Source: Tetramitus jugosus
Taxonomy: Eukaryota > Protista > Heterolobosea
Length of the DNA stretch: 64,000 nt
Assembly: GCA_937625935.1 (NCBI GenBank)
Contig: OW569389.1
Span: 310,001-374,000, forward strand
Direction of reading: 5' to 3'
Shown here piece after piece: positions 1 to 10,889 of the stretch (position 1 is the first letter of the stretch; each line of letters opens with the position of its first letter). The position numbers and the translations under genes are program-made. The notes under the pieces were generated by a model, which saw nothing but the letters and a program-made list of their open reading frames with translations, made no database searches and was not told the DNA's origin.

Positions 1-2
1 CG

Positions 3-1670
3 AATCCACTCCAATTCACTGACACACCTTCCTCCGGTATTATGACACCCATCAAAGAACTTACTACTCCTGCGTCCAATATATCATACATGTCTCCCTC
101 AAGATTTGATGATTTTACGATCAAGAGTCCACATTCCTATATGAAGCCTCCGACGAGAAGAGAATCAAGCTCATCTGTTGCCTCTTCCTCTTCTTCGTCG
201 GTCAAAACTCCATCTGTGCCAAACCACAGAGGAGGAACACCAGCAAGCACATCCAACTCCTTCTTTTGTACTCCATCTCCAATCAGTGCCCCAACTGAGT
301 TCAACACGCCTCAGGGACCAAACAGAAAACCAAAGCCAACCAAAAAACTTCAAGGTCCAATCAACAAGGTATTGAATCCAAAGCTGTTTGATGCTACACG
401 ACTACTGAACTCTTCCACAACAAGTTCAAACAGCAGTTTTATCGGCTCAGGTTCCATGACCAACAGTTCACTTCAACAGCTGAATGTTCCTTCATCGGCA
501 TCTTCAATATCCATCACACCAATGTTATCATCAAGGTCGTCATCCTCTTCCTCATCGTCTCTGTCGTCATCTCACCATGGCGAAGGAAATACTGAAGTAA
601 CAGAAAGAGAGATTATTTATTTATTCGAGCTGTTAGGAGCAATTAGTCGATCGCTTCAACTGTACTATCAATTCCGTTGCAAAGAAGCGATTCAATCATT
701 TACTCGGTTACCACCAAAGCACTTCCAGACTGGATGGGTTCTGTCCTATATCGGTCGATGCTACTTTGAGATGTCACAGTATGAAAATGGTGAAAAGACG
801 TTTGAACAGGTACTGAAGCTGGAGCCATATCGGCTTGATGGTCTGGAAGTGTACAGTACGATACTGTGGCACTTGAGAAAAAAGAAACAATTGAGTTTCT
901 TGGCTCATCACATGAGTGAAGTTGATAAATTGTCTCCTCAGACACTGTGTGCTATTGGAAACTGTTTCAGTTTACAAAAGGATCATGAATCAGCTCTACG
1001 GTTCTTTGAACGTGCTACAAAGGTTGACTCGTCATTCACTTATGCTTACACACTCGCTGGTCATGAAAGCTTTGCAAACGATGATCTAGAGGAGGCCTTG
1101 ATGAGTTATCGGACAGCTATTCGGATCGACTGCAGGCATTACAATGCCTGGTACGGAATTGGAATTGTGTATTTTAGACAGGAGAAGTTTGAACAAGCAG
1201 AATATCACTTTAGGAGAGCGCTGCAAATTAATGACAAGAGCTCTATTCTGTACTGTTATACTGGTATGGCTCTCATGGCACAACACAAGAATCATGAAGC
1301 ATTAGATATGCTGAACTGTGCCTTGCAGATTCATCCACAGAACCCTGTGGCTAAATTCAAGAAAGCCAATGTCCTCATGTCTCTCAACAATTCAAATGAG
1401 GCACTGCGTGAGCTAAATGAACTTAAATTACTTGTCCCTAAGGAAGCCTCAGTCCATTTCACAATTGGAAAAATTTATGCACAAATGGGTCTCAAGGATC
1501 AAGCACTGCTCAACTTCAATACAGCATTAGATCTGGAAAGAACGGGTCAAAAAGAAAACCCATTCATCAAAGAACAGATTGCCAAGCTCTTCGAAGAACA
1601 GATGGAGGATGATGAAGAATTGGATGATGACACAGCCAATGATCAGGATGAATATGACCAGTATGATTGA
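3..1670 (+). CDS. CDC27: Anaphase-promoting complex subunit 3 (Cdc27), 5'-partial
   Basis: Ser/Pro-rich linker, then a TPR array with Cdc27-typical segments (TGWVLSYIGRCYFE, EPYRLDGLEVYSTILWHL, AIGNCFSLQKDH, RHYNAWYGIG). The frame is open back to the window edge. Confidence 0.93.
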   Translation, partial: NPLQFTDTPSSGIMTPIKELTTPASNISYMSPSRFDDFTIKSPHSYMKPPTRRESSSSVASSSSSSVKTPSVPNHRGGTPASTSNSFFCTPSPISAPTEFNTPQGPNRKPKPTKKLQGPINKVLNPKLFDATRLLNSSTTSSNSSFIGSGSMTNSSLQQLNVPSSASSISITPMLSSRSSSSSSSSLSSSHHGEGNTEVTEREIIYLFELLGAISRSLQLYYQFRCKEAIQSFTRLPPKHFQTGWVLSYIGRCYFEMSQYENGEKTFEQVLKLEPYRLDGLEVYSTILWHLRKKKQLSFLAHHMSEVDKLSPQTLCAIGNCFSLQKDHESALRFFERATKVDSSFTYAYTLAGHESFANDDLEEALMSYRTAIRIDCRHYNAWYGIGIVYFRQEKFEQAEYHFRRALQINDKSSILYCYTGMALMAQHKNHEALDMLNCALQIHPQNPVAKFKKANVLMSLNNSNEALRELNELKLLVPKEASVHFTIGKIYAQMGLKDQALLNFNTALDLERTGQKENPFIKEQIAKLFEEQMEDDEELDDDTANDQDEYDQYD

Positions 1671-1819
1671 TCCAATAAAGACAACTCCACCTCGTTCGTC
1701 GGACAACTTTTTGGTTTCAGAGCTGCAGAATTCTTGGGAGATCTTATACACTTGAAAACAAAAATCTCCAATAGTTCACTCTCTTCAGATCTCGCTGAAA
1801 AACAAACCAAGGTCGGGAG

Positions 1820-3046
1820 ATGAAAAAACGGTTTTTGGATGATGAAAGCGAGATTGTCACAATCAAGAGAAAGAGAATCAATGAAGGTGATGAAACAAAG
1901 AGTGATGAAATGAATCTTGAAATTGGTTCTGAACTGTGCAAGGACACATGGTCAAAAATTGTTGAGTATTGTGACACTCGAGAATGGTTGAAATTGAGTT
2001 ACACTTGCAAAGGAATCAACCAATTCAAGTTCAATCGATCTCTCATGTTCAACAAGAAGAGAACACTTGTAAAAATGATGGAGAAACAAGCTATTCAATA
2101 CTTTTTTCGATTGAGTAAGGGTACGCTGTTTAATGTGGACATGGGGGATCCCAACGTAGTGGATGATCATTTCCAATTTTTGGAAGGCGTTCACACACTT
2201 GACATTAGTGGTTGCGAACAAATCACGGACAATGCATTTCAGCATTTGACTGGTATTCACACGCTTAATATGAGTCGTTGCAAGAAGCTCACAGGCAAAG
2301 CTTTATCTTATTTGAAAGGTATTCACACACTTCATATGGTGGTATGCGATCAAATATCTGACAGGGCTTTTGCTCATCTGGCAGGTATTCACACACTCAA
2401 TGTGGGTGGTTGTATTCAAATCACAGACACTACATTTTCTTTTTTGACAGGAATTCACACACTCAATATGAGCTTTTGCAATCAAATCACAGATGAAGCA
2501 TTTTCTCACTTGAGAGGAATTCACACACTCCAAATGATCAGTTGCAGGTACATCACAGACAAGGCATTCGCCTCTTTGGCTGGAATTCACACACTAGATA
2601 TGAGCCGTTGCAGACAAGTCACAGATGATGCATTCTCCCATTTGGCCGGCATTCACACACTTGACATAAGTGGTTGTGAACAAATCACAGACAAGGCATT
2701 TCAACATTTGACTGGTATCCACACACTTAAAATGAGCTGTTGCGATCAAATCACAGACAATGCTTTTCAGCATTTGACGGGTATTCACACACTCAATATG
2801 GGTGGTTGTAATCAAATCACTGACAACGCATTTCAACATTTGACAGGTATTCACACACTTGATATGAGTGATTGTAACCAGGAATCCATCACAGAGAAGG
2901 CATTAGTGAATCTTAAGGGTGTCCATCATCTCAGATGGTACAATAGTCAACGAGACAATGCTTTCATCAAAAAGGTAGTTGAGTACTTTGAGTCCAGTTC
3001 TACCAATCTTGTAGGAATGGTTTTATCCAGATATATCAGATTTTAG
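1820..3046 (+). CDS. F-box-like / leucine-rich repeat protein
   Basis: N-terminal F-box-like segment (LCKDTWSKIVEYC...LKLSYTCK), then 11 Cys-containing LRRs. Confidence 0.85.
   Translation: MKKRFLDDESEIVTIKRKRINEGDETKSDEMNLEIGSELCKDTWSKIVEYCDTREWLKLSYTCKGINQFKFNRSLMFNKKRTLVKMMEKQAIQYFFRLSKGTLFNVDMGDPNVVDDHFQFLEGVHTLDISGCEQITDNAFQHLTGIHTLNMSRCKKLTGKALSYLKGIHTLHMVVCDQISDRAFAHLAGIHTLNVGGCIQITDTTFSFLTGIHTLNMSFCNQITDEAFSHLRGIHTLQMISCRYITDKAFASLAGIHTLDMSRCRQVTDDAFSHLAGIHTLDISGCEQITDKAFQHLTGIHTLKMSCCDQITDNAFQHLTGIHTLNMGGCNQITDNAFQHLTGIHTLDMSDCNQESITEKALVNLKGVHHLRWYNSQRDNAFIKKVVEYFESSSTNLVGMVLSRYIRF
2189..2920 (+). repeat. 11 tandem 66-bp (22-aa) LRR units, consensus IHTLDMSGCxQITDxAFxHLxG
   Basis: Recurring 'attcacac(a/g)ct' at 66-bp spacing. 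The last unit carries a 2-aa insertion. Confidence 0.9.
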
Positions 3047-3234
3047 CTTCTACGAAACAATTCCGTGACAATTTATTATCGAATTAAGTCCTGAGAATGC
3101 GCTTCTGAAGGGCAGCCTCTCAGAAAGGGAAGGGAGACAAAAGGATCGACGAACTTCTGTTCGAACGACCCAGAAGATTATTCAGAGTTAGATGAAAGAG
3201 GGATCCAATAAAATCTTCCGTCATTACAATTCTT

Positions 3235-4128
3235 TTACTCTTGTCTACTGTACATGTCCAGCAGTTCACTGACAAAGTGTTTTGCGAAACGGATCTGATA
3301 ATCCACTGGGATCGTGTCTTGATGAGGAACATGAATAAACACCGAATCAAATCGCTTGTCATTCATCTTGTTCTTCTCACAAAACTCGAGGGAACGATAG
3401 TAAATGTAATTGCACAAGAATCGTCCTGGATCTTGCGAAGCAATCACATATTGCTCATTTAACAAATCCTGTTCCTTCTCCAGTTTCATTTTCTCTAACA
3501 GTTCTTGCTTCTTCTGGAGTGAGTTAGGGTCAGTTGACAGTGGATCCTTGGTCGAACTAGGACCTTCTTTCTCCGTCAAACGCTCATAAAAGGGTTCAAT
3601 AAATGAACGAATCTCCGGATGCTCACCTTCCTCTCTCAACACAGCATTCACTCGAGAGATGAGACGATCCGTGTCGATACAACTTGTCAGCACGGAATGG
3701 ATGGGACGCGCTTCATTAATTGGTTCCTCAAACGGTTGCAAGTGTGCATTGTCTGGTGCACGGAACGATTTTTCATTAAAGGCCATTGTTTCCACTTCGT
3801 ACCTCACATTGCTACCTGCGACTCCAAAGTGAATGAACAGATGATGGTCATCAACAACAACTTGTTCTTGTTCTGAAAGATTTTTTTTTTCACTCAAGGA
3901 CTTTAGTTTGTTGTCTTGGTTGACAAAGTATTGGTCAACCGAAGGAACACTTACATCCAAGATGTCAAATCGAAGAATTTTTTGGGAAGGATCCTGGGCC
4001 ATGACGAGATCTCTTTGGAAAGATGATTCCAGGTGTCGCACAATGTGTGTCGATGGATTGTCGATGATTCCATGAAAAGCACCAAAACCTGTCACCTGGA
4101 TATGAATTCTGCTGTTCTTTGATCTCAT
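3235..4128 (-). CDS. Pyroglutamyl-peptidase I (peptidase C15)
   Basis: Motifs VTGFGAF, IHFGV, EVETMAFN, SQDPGRFLCNYIYY and FIHVP. Start placed at ATG 4128 because the longer ORF call runs into the tRNA gene. Confidence 0.9.
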   Translation of the reverse strand: MRSKNSRIHIQVTGFGAFHGIIDNPSTHIVRHLESSFQRDLVMAQDPSQKILRFDILDVSVPSVDQYFVNQDNKLKSLSEKKNLSEQEQVVVDDHHLFIHFGVAGSNVRYEVETMAFNEKSFRAPDNAHLQPFEEPINEARPIHSVLTSCIDTDRLISRVNAVLREEGEHPEIRSFIEPFYERLTEKEGPSSTKDPLSTDPNSLQKKQELLEKMKLEKEQDLLNEQYVIASQDPGRFLCNYIYYRSLEFCEKNKMNDKRFDSVFIHVPHQDTIPVDYQIRFAKHFVSELLDMYSRQE

Positions 4129-4174
4129 TTTGTTTTTCTGAAGAAATCTGAAAACTTCTGACAAATTTTTAATC

Positions 4175-4179
4175 AAAAA
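4175..4179 (-). terminator. Pol III T-run terminator of tRNA-Lys
   Basis: TTTTT on the minus strand, 6 nt past the tRNA 3' end. Confidence 0.7.
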
Positions 4180-4185
4180 CGACAT

Positions 4186-4258
4186 CGCCCACCGAGGGGC
4201 TCGAACCCTCGACCACAAGGTTAAGAGCCTTGCGCTCTACCGACTGAGCTAGACGGGC
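4186..4258 (-). tRNA. tRNA-Lys(CTT)
   Basis: Minus strand reads GCCCGTCTAGCTCAGTCGGTAGAGCGCAAGGCTCTTAACCTTGTGGTCGAGGGTTCGAGCCCCTCGGTGGGCG: 73 nt, canonical cloverleaf, CTT anticodon, A and B boxes. Confidence 0.97.
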
Positions 4259-4278
4259 TTGGATATTGAATGATCCGC

Positions 4279-4284
4279 TATAAA
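4279..4284 (+). promoter_or_regulatory. TATA-like element (TATAAA) between the tRNA 5' end and the retroelement
   Basis: Lies at -21 to -26 of the tRNA, where TFIIIB would bind, and about 30-35 bp before the element 5' end. Function is inferred only. Confidence 0.35.
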
Positions 4285-4298
4285 TGTTCAGTGATCAT

Positions 4299-4315
4299 AT
4301 CCCTACTATGGTGAA
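4299..4315 (+). repeat. Target-site duplication, left copy (ATCCCTACTATGGTGAA)
   Basis: Identical to 7744-7760. The terminal A residues are ambiguous because of adjacent A-runs. Confidence 0.92.
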
Positions 4316-4324
4316 AAAAAAACC

Positions 4325-5622
4325 ATGGAAACAAATGCAAACATTCCATCCTCTCCGGGGGCAAGGGAGTACTCGCGTGACGGGTACGCAGTATGGACAG
4401 TACAGCACATTGGAAGTAGCATCAACAAAAAAGAAGTCGTGATCAAGGGTACACAGTGCCATAACACAGCACCAACAATTGCAAAAATGATTGGCTCAAG
4501 GTACAAGGAGTGGATTACTCGTGCACATGTCAGAAGATGGGAGAAAGGCCAGTTTATTGCGTGGGTGAACGTAAAGGACGATAAACTCTATGAGTTTGCT
4601 GAGATGTTCAATGAGTCAAGAAGAATCGCAAACGCTCATGCATCCATCAAGAGAGGTCTTGACTCGGAGAAAAAACTTGTGGTTCACAAGGTCCTCGGCA
4701 GGTCAAAGGACGACATCACTAAACTCGTTGGAGAGGACAGAGTTCATCACGTGGAAGTTAAGGGCAGCACAGCATTTGTCACGATGACATCCCAGTCATA
4801 TGCTCATACTGTCATTGGAAACAAGCAGATTGGAGCAGAGATTAGCCCATATGTCCAGAGAAATCAGGATCCAATGAAAATAATGTCCAAGAAGATACAA
4901 AGGATCACTGATTCCTTAAACAAGCAGATGGAAGAGCTAAAGAGAAGAGTTGCACAACGAGCCTGAAGAAGGCTATGAACAAGAAAATGAGTGGAAAAGT
5001 ACATAAATCAAAGAGAGGAGAGCTTCAAAGAGTAGATGAAGTATCTGGTGAGTCACCAGACGATGACATTTCAATGCTAGGAGATGAAACAATCTCTGAA
5101 CAAGATGGCTCAACCGCTGGAGAACAAACTACTAGCGTTGCACCACCCGGGTTGGGAGAAGAAATGAATGTTGACGAGCCAATGGTACTCACAACTCCGG
5201 AGATAGAGCCACCAAGTGTTGAAGTAATAGGGGAGGGCGCTACGATAGTTCAGGATCCAATACCTATGGGTGAAAATGAGAACACTGAAGCCCAGCTGCT
5301 TGAGGAGAGGAGGAAAATGTTAGTGAGAGCGAGAAGAGAGAAGAGACGGGAGCGTGCACTCTCAGATAGCCAAGCGCTCATCTACAAGTTCACTGTGCCT
5401 AGAGAAGATACTCCTATAAAGGAGAGTGGAAAGAGAGGTCCCAATACAGCCCTCTCAGAAAACTCAAGGAAAAGAGCTTTATTGAAGACCCCGGTTCGGC
5501 TGGCCGATATGATTGATATTGTTCAGGCCAGTAAGGAAGTGGCGCGTGCTGTGACCAGCCTTGTGACACACAGTAATGAGGTGTCTCAACCCCAGTCAGA
5601 CCACACATCTCAATTATGTTGA
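4325..5622 (+). pseudogene. ORF1 of copy 1 (two RRM-like domains, coiled coil, acidic/basic tail), one frameshift near 4960
   Basis: ORFs 4325-4966 and 4975-5622 join by a single frame change (..TSLKKA-MNKK). The N-terminal half aligns with the ORF at 10927-11451. Confidence 0.75.
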
Positions 5623-7613
5623 AGGTGATGTGGTACATCAACGGCATAAAGGGTAAAGCCAATGATGTCGTGGACTTTCTGGAGTCTGAGCAAATAGATG
5701 TGTTGCTAATACAGGAGGCAACTAACATTGATGAAGCATGGTACAAGGTACTCAGCAGGAAGTTAGAGAGAATTAAGTGTGTTCTGGTGTGTGATCTTCC
5801 CAATCAACACTTGGCAGCAATTGTCAGAACCACTACTGTCCCATCATATGGAGTGATGCACAGTGAATCCAGGTTGCAAGTAATCAAGGTATCAACGGTG
5901 GATGAGTCGATTACGATAGCTAACCACTATGGACCTCACAAAAAGAATCGTGAACATTACAAATCAATCGGGGCTGTCCAAGGAAAGTTCATTTTAGGAG
6001 GTGATCATAATGCCGTTACAGCTGCTACTGACCGGTCCTCGAACAGAGTAGACGAAAACACGCTATTACTGCTGCAAATGTTGAAGGAGAACAACCTGTG
6101 TGACACCAATGAGGTAATGGGAGTAGAAAGATTCCATACATTCTTCCGCAGGAATTCCTCGTCGAGAATAGATTCAGTATGGTGCAACCAAGCAATAATA
6201 GAAGCAATTGACAAGGTAGAAATGTTCACATCCAATGGTGTAGCGATCATGTCCCTACTTTAGTCAAGATAAAAGCCAGAACTGGCACAAATACTGTGTA
6301 TAGTGGAACGATGTTTAAGTTTCCCAAGGACAAGAAAGACCCGAGATGGGTCCATTATGGTAAGGAGCTCATCAGGGAGCTAGAAGGGAGTAGTGTAAGT
6401 GCAATAGAAGATGTAAATGAGCAGTGTCAAATTATAACATCCTCTATCATCAAACATGCTAAAGTGTTTGAAGTGGAAGGAACAGTGAAGAGGTGTCTGG
6501 TAAGAGGGACACGGAAGCGAAGCAGTTGCTGCTTGACACGCTTGAGGAAATCAAGCACACACAAACATTCCAACATGAGAATGTCTTCCAGTCAAGCAAC
6601 CGTCTCGAGTACGTCAAGAACACTTACCTTAAGTGGTGTGCGCAAAGGATGCACACCCAAGGCATTACACTTAACAATGGGAGCACCTACCGCAATTGTG
6701 ACGATTGTAACATTGCCCGGTATGTTCCAACAACTATTCTCAAGAAGCTGTTCAAGGGTGGAATCACTAACAGAAATCAGCTGATGGTTGGTGTGAGAGT
6801 CATGAGTTTAAAGGAAATCAAAAACAAGTTCCCAGGATGCAAGATTGGACCAAGGTCTCATGAGTTGTTGACAATAATGGTGTCACAAATGAGTGCACTT
6901 CGACGTTAGAAACTAACGCCAGAGTCTCTGTAGAGCAAACTTTGATGATAGGACAATATCCCGTCGAGAGCAGAGAGCAAATACAGTTGCGAATGGAGCA
7001 TGAGAGACTCTGCAGGATTAGAGAGATTGGTGGTCTGTGGTGGTTACAAGTTGAAGCAATGGATGGTGGGGTGGACTTTAGTTTTCTAAAGTACCCCCAC
7101 AAGATTGACAGAAAGCTGGAGTGGTTCTATGCACAAGTGCGCAGTGGTACTTTGCACACTCGAGAAGTCATGAGGGTATTGTATGGAAAAAATGAAGCTC
7201 CAACCGTGTGTGAAAGATGTAACAAGGAGTCAGAGACTATTCTACATTGTCTCATTCGCTGTCCACGAGCCATATTGATTAGAAGAAGACTGGCTATGTC
7301 GGTCGGTGATGAACTGAGTGGTCTGGGAGTCCATCCAAAACACAAGATAGACCTATGGTTCGACTCGGTGTGTTGGAAAGGAGGTAAGATGAGTGTGCAA
7401 CCAAACCGAAAATCGAGCAAAGAGTTCCTCCTAGGTATGATGGGTGTAGAGAAGGAAGCAGTGGATCAAATTATGAGAGGGATGAGGAAGAACGGAATCA
7501 AGAAAGATATTGCGGAAAAGAGAGCCAGAACATTTGTGAACAAAGTGAAAAGGAGGTGCGTCGAAACCCTTCACCAATTGTACACCTCCTATAAGGAGGG
7601 AACAAAACAATGA
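5616..7613 (+). pseudogene. ORF2 of copy 1: APE endonuclease and zf-RVT-like C-terminus, frameshifted, RT missing
   Basis: LIQE, NHYGP, ILGGDHNA and SRID are present, with SDH shifted out of frame at 6242-6250. At about 6495 the sequence jumps to the post-RT segment GKRDTEAKQLLLDTL. Zinc finger CERC..ETILHCLIRC. The ATG overlaps the ORF1 stop by 7 nt. Confidence 0.88.
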
Positions 7614-7743
7614 TGCCCTACGGGCACCATTGTTAGAATTAAGAAGTAATGGAGGAGATAACGCTCTTTGAGCGTTATCCATTGTAAATATTCAGATAAT
7701 AAAACAGAGCAACCAGTTGGTTGTATTAAAAAAAAAAATAAAA

Positions 7744-7760
7744 ATCCCTACTATGGTGAA
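7744..7760 (+). repeat. Target-site duplication, right copy
   Basis: ATCCCTACTATGGTGAA directly after the A-tail of copy 1. Confidence 0.92.
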
Positions 7761-10700
7761 GCTCCAGTGGATAAAGGATGGTATTGAGATACCGCAGGGG
7801 CCGAGGACAAGGTTCCCAAAGAGATGTCACCGGTCCTGGAATACTATACTATCACGGATGGTGCAAAAGTCTTCCCTGAGAGCAAAGTGACGACCAGAGG
7901 GATTGACAACAGAAGGGTAAGAAGATGGATGAAAGAGAGAGAGGCTCTTGTGGAGAAAGTCTCCAAACAGGGGTCGATGTTGACTAGCAAAGTTGTGAGA
8001 ATTTGCCATGCGTACGGAGAAGAAAGCAGTCAATTTGGAATCCTTACTGCTCTGGCGAAAGTGGAGAAGCTTATACATGGTGAAAGAGCTAGGAGAGCCA
8101 ACAAGAGATTTGTAAAGTGGCTATACAAGGCTAGGACCACCGAGTTTGTGGAACCTCGGTTTTTCTTCAATGCTGCCACCGGCAAAAGGTCAATGAGGAT
8201 AAGATTCAAAAGTTTCAAGCTCCATGACACCATAGTCACTGACCAGGTGAAAGTGGCCGAGCATGCAGCGAAGTATTTCGAGGAGGTGTTCGAACATGAG
8301 TTTGCTGACATGAATTTCCTGAGCGAAATGACTTTCAATGCTAGTAACATGGAACAGTGGTTTCCAATGTTCACAGCAGTAGAGATACAACAGTCAGTGA
8401 AATGGCTAAGGAACGGTAAAGCACCGGGTGTTGATAGAGTGTGCAACGAGATGCTGAAGCTCCAAAAGACGAAGCAAAGGGACTATGGATACGATTTTGC
8501 GGAGGCTATGGCGACACTTTTTAACAACATAGTGCAAACTGGTGTTTTCCCAAGCAGTTGGAAGAAATCGTCCCTGCCTACAAGAAGGGTTGTCCTTCGA
8601 TCATTGCCAACTACAGACCTATTTGTCTATTGAGCAGTCTGTCGAAGGTCTTCACAAGATTGCTCAATCATAGGGTGGCAATGGCCGCCGAAAAAGCAGG
8701 TGTGTTCAGTAACACACAGGGTGGTGGTCGCAAATTGAGGGATATACGTGAGAAACTATCTATCATCAGAGGCGTTATCGACCACGCCAACAGGAAGGAT
8801 GAACAGCTTTTCGTTCACCTTACTGACATATCCAAAGCATTCGATAGTGTGCCACATAACGCGATCACAGCTGCATATCGCTTCTTCAATTTCCCAGAGG
8901 GTATCATCTCTCTCGTTCAGAATATGCTCGAGGCAAACGAGGCAACGATTGGAACTCAAGTGAGGTCTCGGAGAATCTACATAGACAGGAGCACCAGACA
9001 AGGTGACTCCTTGTCACCAACATCTTATGTGATAGTGCACCAACTGGCACTGCTCTATGCTGGAATGAGAGCAAAGGGGTATCAGACCATGTCCCAAAGG
9101 ATATGGAATGTTGCCTATGTTGGTGACTGCAACTTGTTCAGTGGAAGCCTTAAAGACATAGAGGATAAAGCGAATGCTATGCACAAGGTGCTCAAGTGCT
9201 TGGGTCTGAGTATGCATCCTGACAAATTGGAGTTCTTTGTTAGAAAAGCGGAGGGTGGAATGCCTGAGATTAGGGTATCAGACAAACTAGTGATAGCTAA
9301 GAACAAATAATCTGTTTTCAGGGCTCTCGGTTTGTTCACCAATCTCAATGGTGATACCGAAATGCAAAAGAAACAAGCAAAATTGAAGGTACTGAAAATT
9401 CTGAACCGTGCCAAGTTCCTCAAGTTGAGCCCTGCTCAAACAGCACGTATCGTTAACACATGTGTGCACCCAGTGTTCCTTTACGCATCGGAGTTTACTC
9501 ACTGGCCAAAGAAATGGCTCAATGAGATCGAAGGGATCGGCCGAAAGGCCGTCAAACATGGTTCGGCTGCTCTTAAGAGGTTCCCTTCCGAGTTGTTAGC
9601 AGTGGTGAGAGATCAGGGAGGAATTGGTTTGAACAATTTCAAGGAAAGTCTAACCTCAAAAGTCACGGCATTCATTGCGGGAATGCTGACGGGTAAGAGA
9701 GATACTGAAGCACGGAAGCTACTATTGGATACGCTTGATGATGTCAAGCATTCACAAACGCTCATACGAACGAGCATCTTCAAATCCAATATAAGCCTCC
9801 GTGAGGCGAAGCTACTCCATTGCTCTGGTACAACAGTCACGACCGATGATTGTCACGAATGGGAGAGATGCGCGTTGGTTGGTGCCTTCCCACCGGCGAT
9901 GCAAGGCTACTCCGGGGTAGTGGGATTTTTAAGAACCATCAGCTTTTTGATGAGGATGGTATCATGACAATACCCTACAAAGAAGCGAAGTCAAAGTTTA
10001 AGATGGTTGGTATTGGCCCAAAAAAGTACATGAGAATTCGTGCCTACATGGAACTGCTTGGGAAACCATGCGATGAAAAGTGGATTGCTCAAAGAGTCGT
10101 GCATCAAAAGGTCCTAGTGACTGTCAGTGATAGGGAGATTGTGGGGAATGACATCAGGAAGGAGTTGAGTGATCATTTCTCAACAAGAAGGAGTGAAATT
10201 ATCTCAAAGCGCGCGGAATGGTGGTTGGAAGCTGCATTGCAGCAAGACAAGGAATGGAATAACTTTCTCAAGTGCCCATTTGGTCTCGAAAGAAAGGAAG
10301 TGTGGTTCTATCATCAGGTGAGGAGTGGAACTCTCCATACAAGAACTGGTATTCGAATGCTGTATAATCCACTGATAGATGTCACTTGCACACACTGTTG
10401 CAAAGCTCCAGAAACCATAGTGCATCTGCTAGTGGAGTGCGAACCTGCAAGGGAAGCAAGAAGCAAGTTGGTCGAAGAGCTGAAGGAGAAACTGGGCAAG
10501 TTGAGTCTGCCAGGCTCTATCAAGGTCCCTATATGGTTCGAGGATGTTTTGTATGTAAGTGGAAAGATACAACCACGAAATGTCAAGCGACGTCAGGGAC
10601 TGATGGGTCAGGAAGGAGACTTCAAGGAGGTTGCTCCTGGACGAAATGAAGCTCTCCGGCAAGAAGAGAAGTAAAGCAGAGAAAAAGATAAGAAGGGTCA

Positions 10701-10874
10701 TTGACTCAGTCAAGAGGTCGTGCACCAAGGCACTATACAAGATATATATTAACTCTGTCGCGCAGAGGAGTGAAACACTGCTCGTCACCTAACGGTGCCG
10801 AGCGAAATCATGACTCACAGTAGTGTATAGAATAAAGTGTCAACAAACGTTGTGTGGAAAAAATAAAAAAAAAA
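7761..10874 (+). mobile_element. Non-LTR retrotransposon copy 2: 5'-truncated, degenerate RT and zinc finger, A-tail
   Basis: RT motifs KAPGVD, NYRPICLLS, DISKAFDSV, RQGDSLSP, AYVGD (degenerate YxDD) and GGIGL; zinc finger CTHC..ETIVHLLVEC. Frameshifts near 8560, 9870 and 10620, an in-frame stop at 9308-9310, and an A-tail at 10858-10874. Confidence 0.92.
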
Positions 10875-10876
10875 TC

Positions 10877-10888
10877 AGGTTCGTAACC
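10877..10888 (+). repeat. 12-bp direct repeat AGGTTCGTAACC, left copy (probable TSD of copy 3)
   Basis: Identical to 12168-12179. Each copy follows an A-tail and precedes an A-run. Confidence 0.75.
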
Positions 10889-10889
10889 A

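Larger units (their letters stand above)
4316..7743 (+). mobile_element. Non-LTR retrotransposon copy 1 (L1/Tx1-like): ORF1, APE endonuclease and C-terminal zinc finger, RT domain deleted
   Basis: Flanked by a 17-bp TSD, with a 5' A-run and a 3' A-tail at 7728-7743. Endonuclease motifs and a CCHC finger are present; no RT motifs. Confidence 0.92.

Noticed and set aside
2189-2920. Regularly spaced repeats resembling a CRISPR array
   Set aside because: They are in-frame 66-bp LRR coding units with no unique spacers, in a eukaryotic context.
4129-4218. N-terminal extension of the pyroglutamyl peptidase ORF
   Set aside because: It starts at a non-ATG codon inside the tRNA gene. Homology begins just after ATG 4128.
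4960-10640. Programmed frameshifting or readthrough in the retroelement ORFs
   Set aside because: The breaks are numerous, at non-equivalent positions and accompanied by catalytic substitutions (YVGD). Decay is the simpler explanation, and intact neighbouring genes argue against sequencing error.
4316-10874. Copies 1 and 2 as a single bipartite element (EN half plus RT half)
   Set aside because: Each has its own zinc-finger C-terminus, 3' hairpin and A-tail, and the TSD brackets copy 1 alone.
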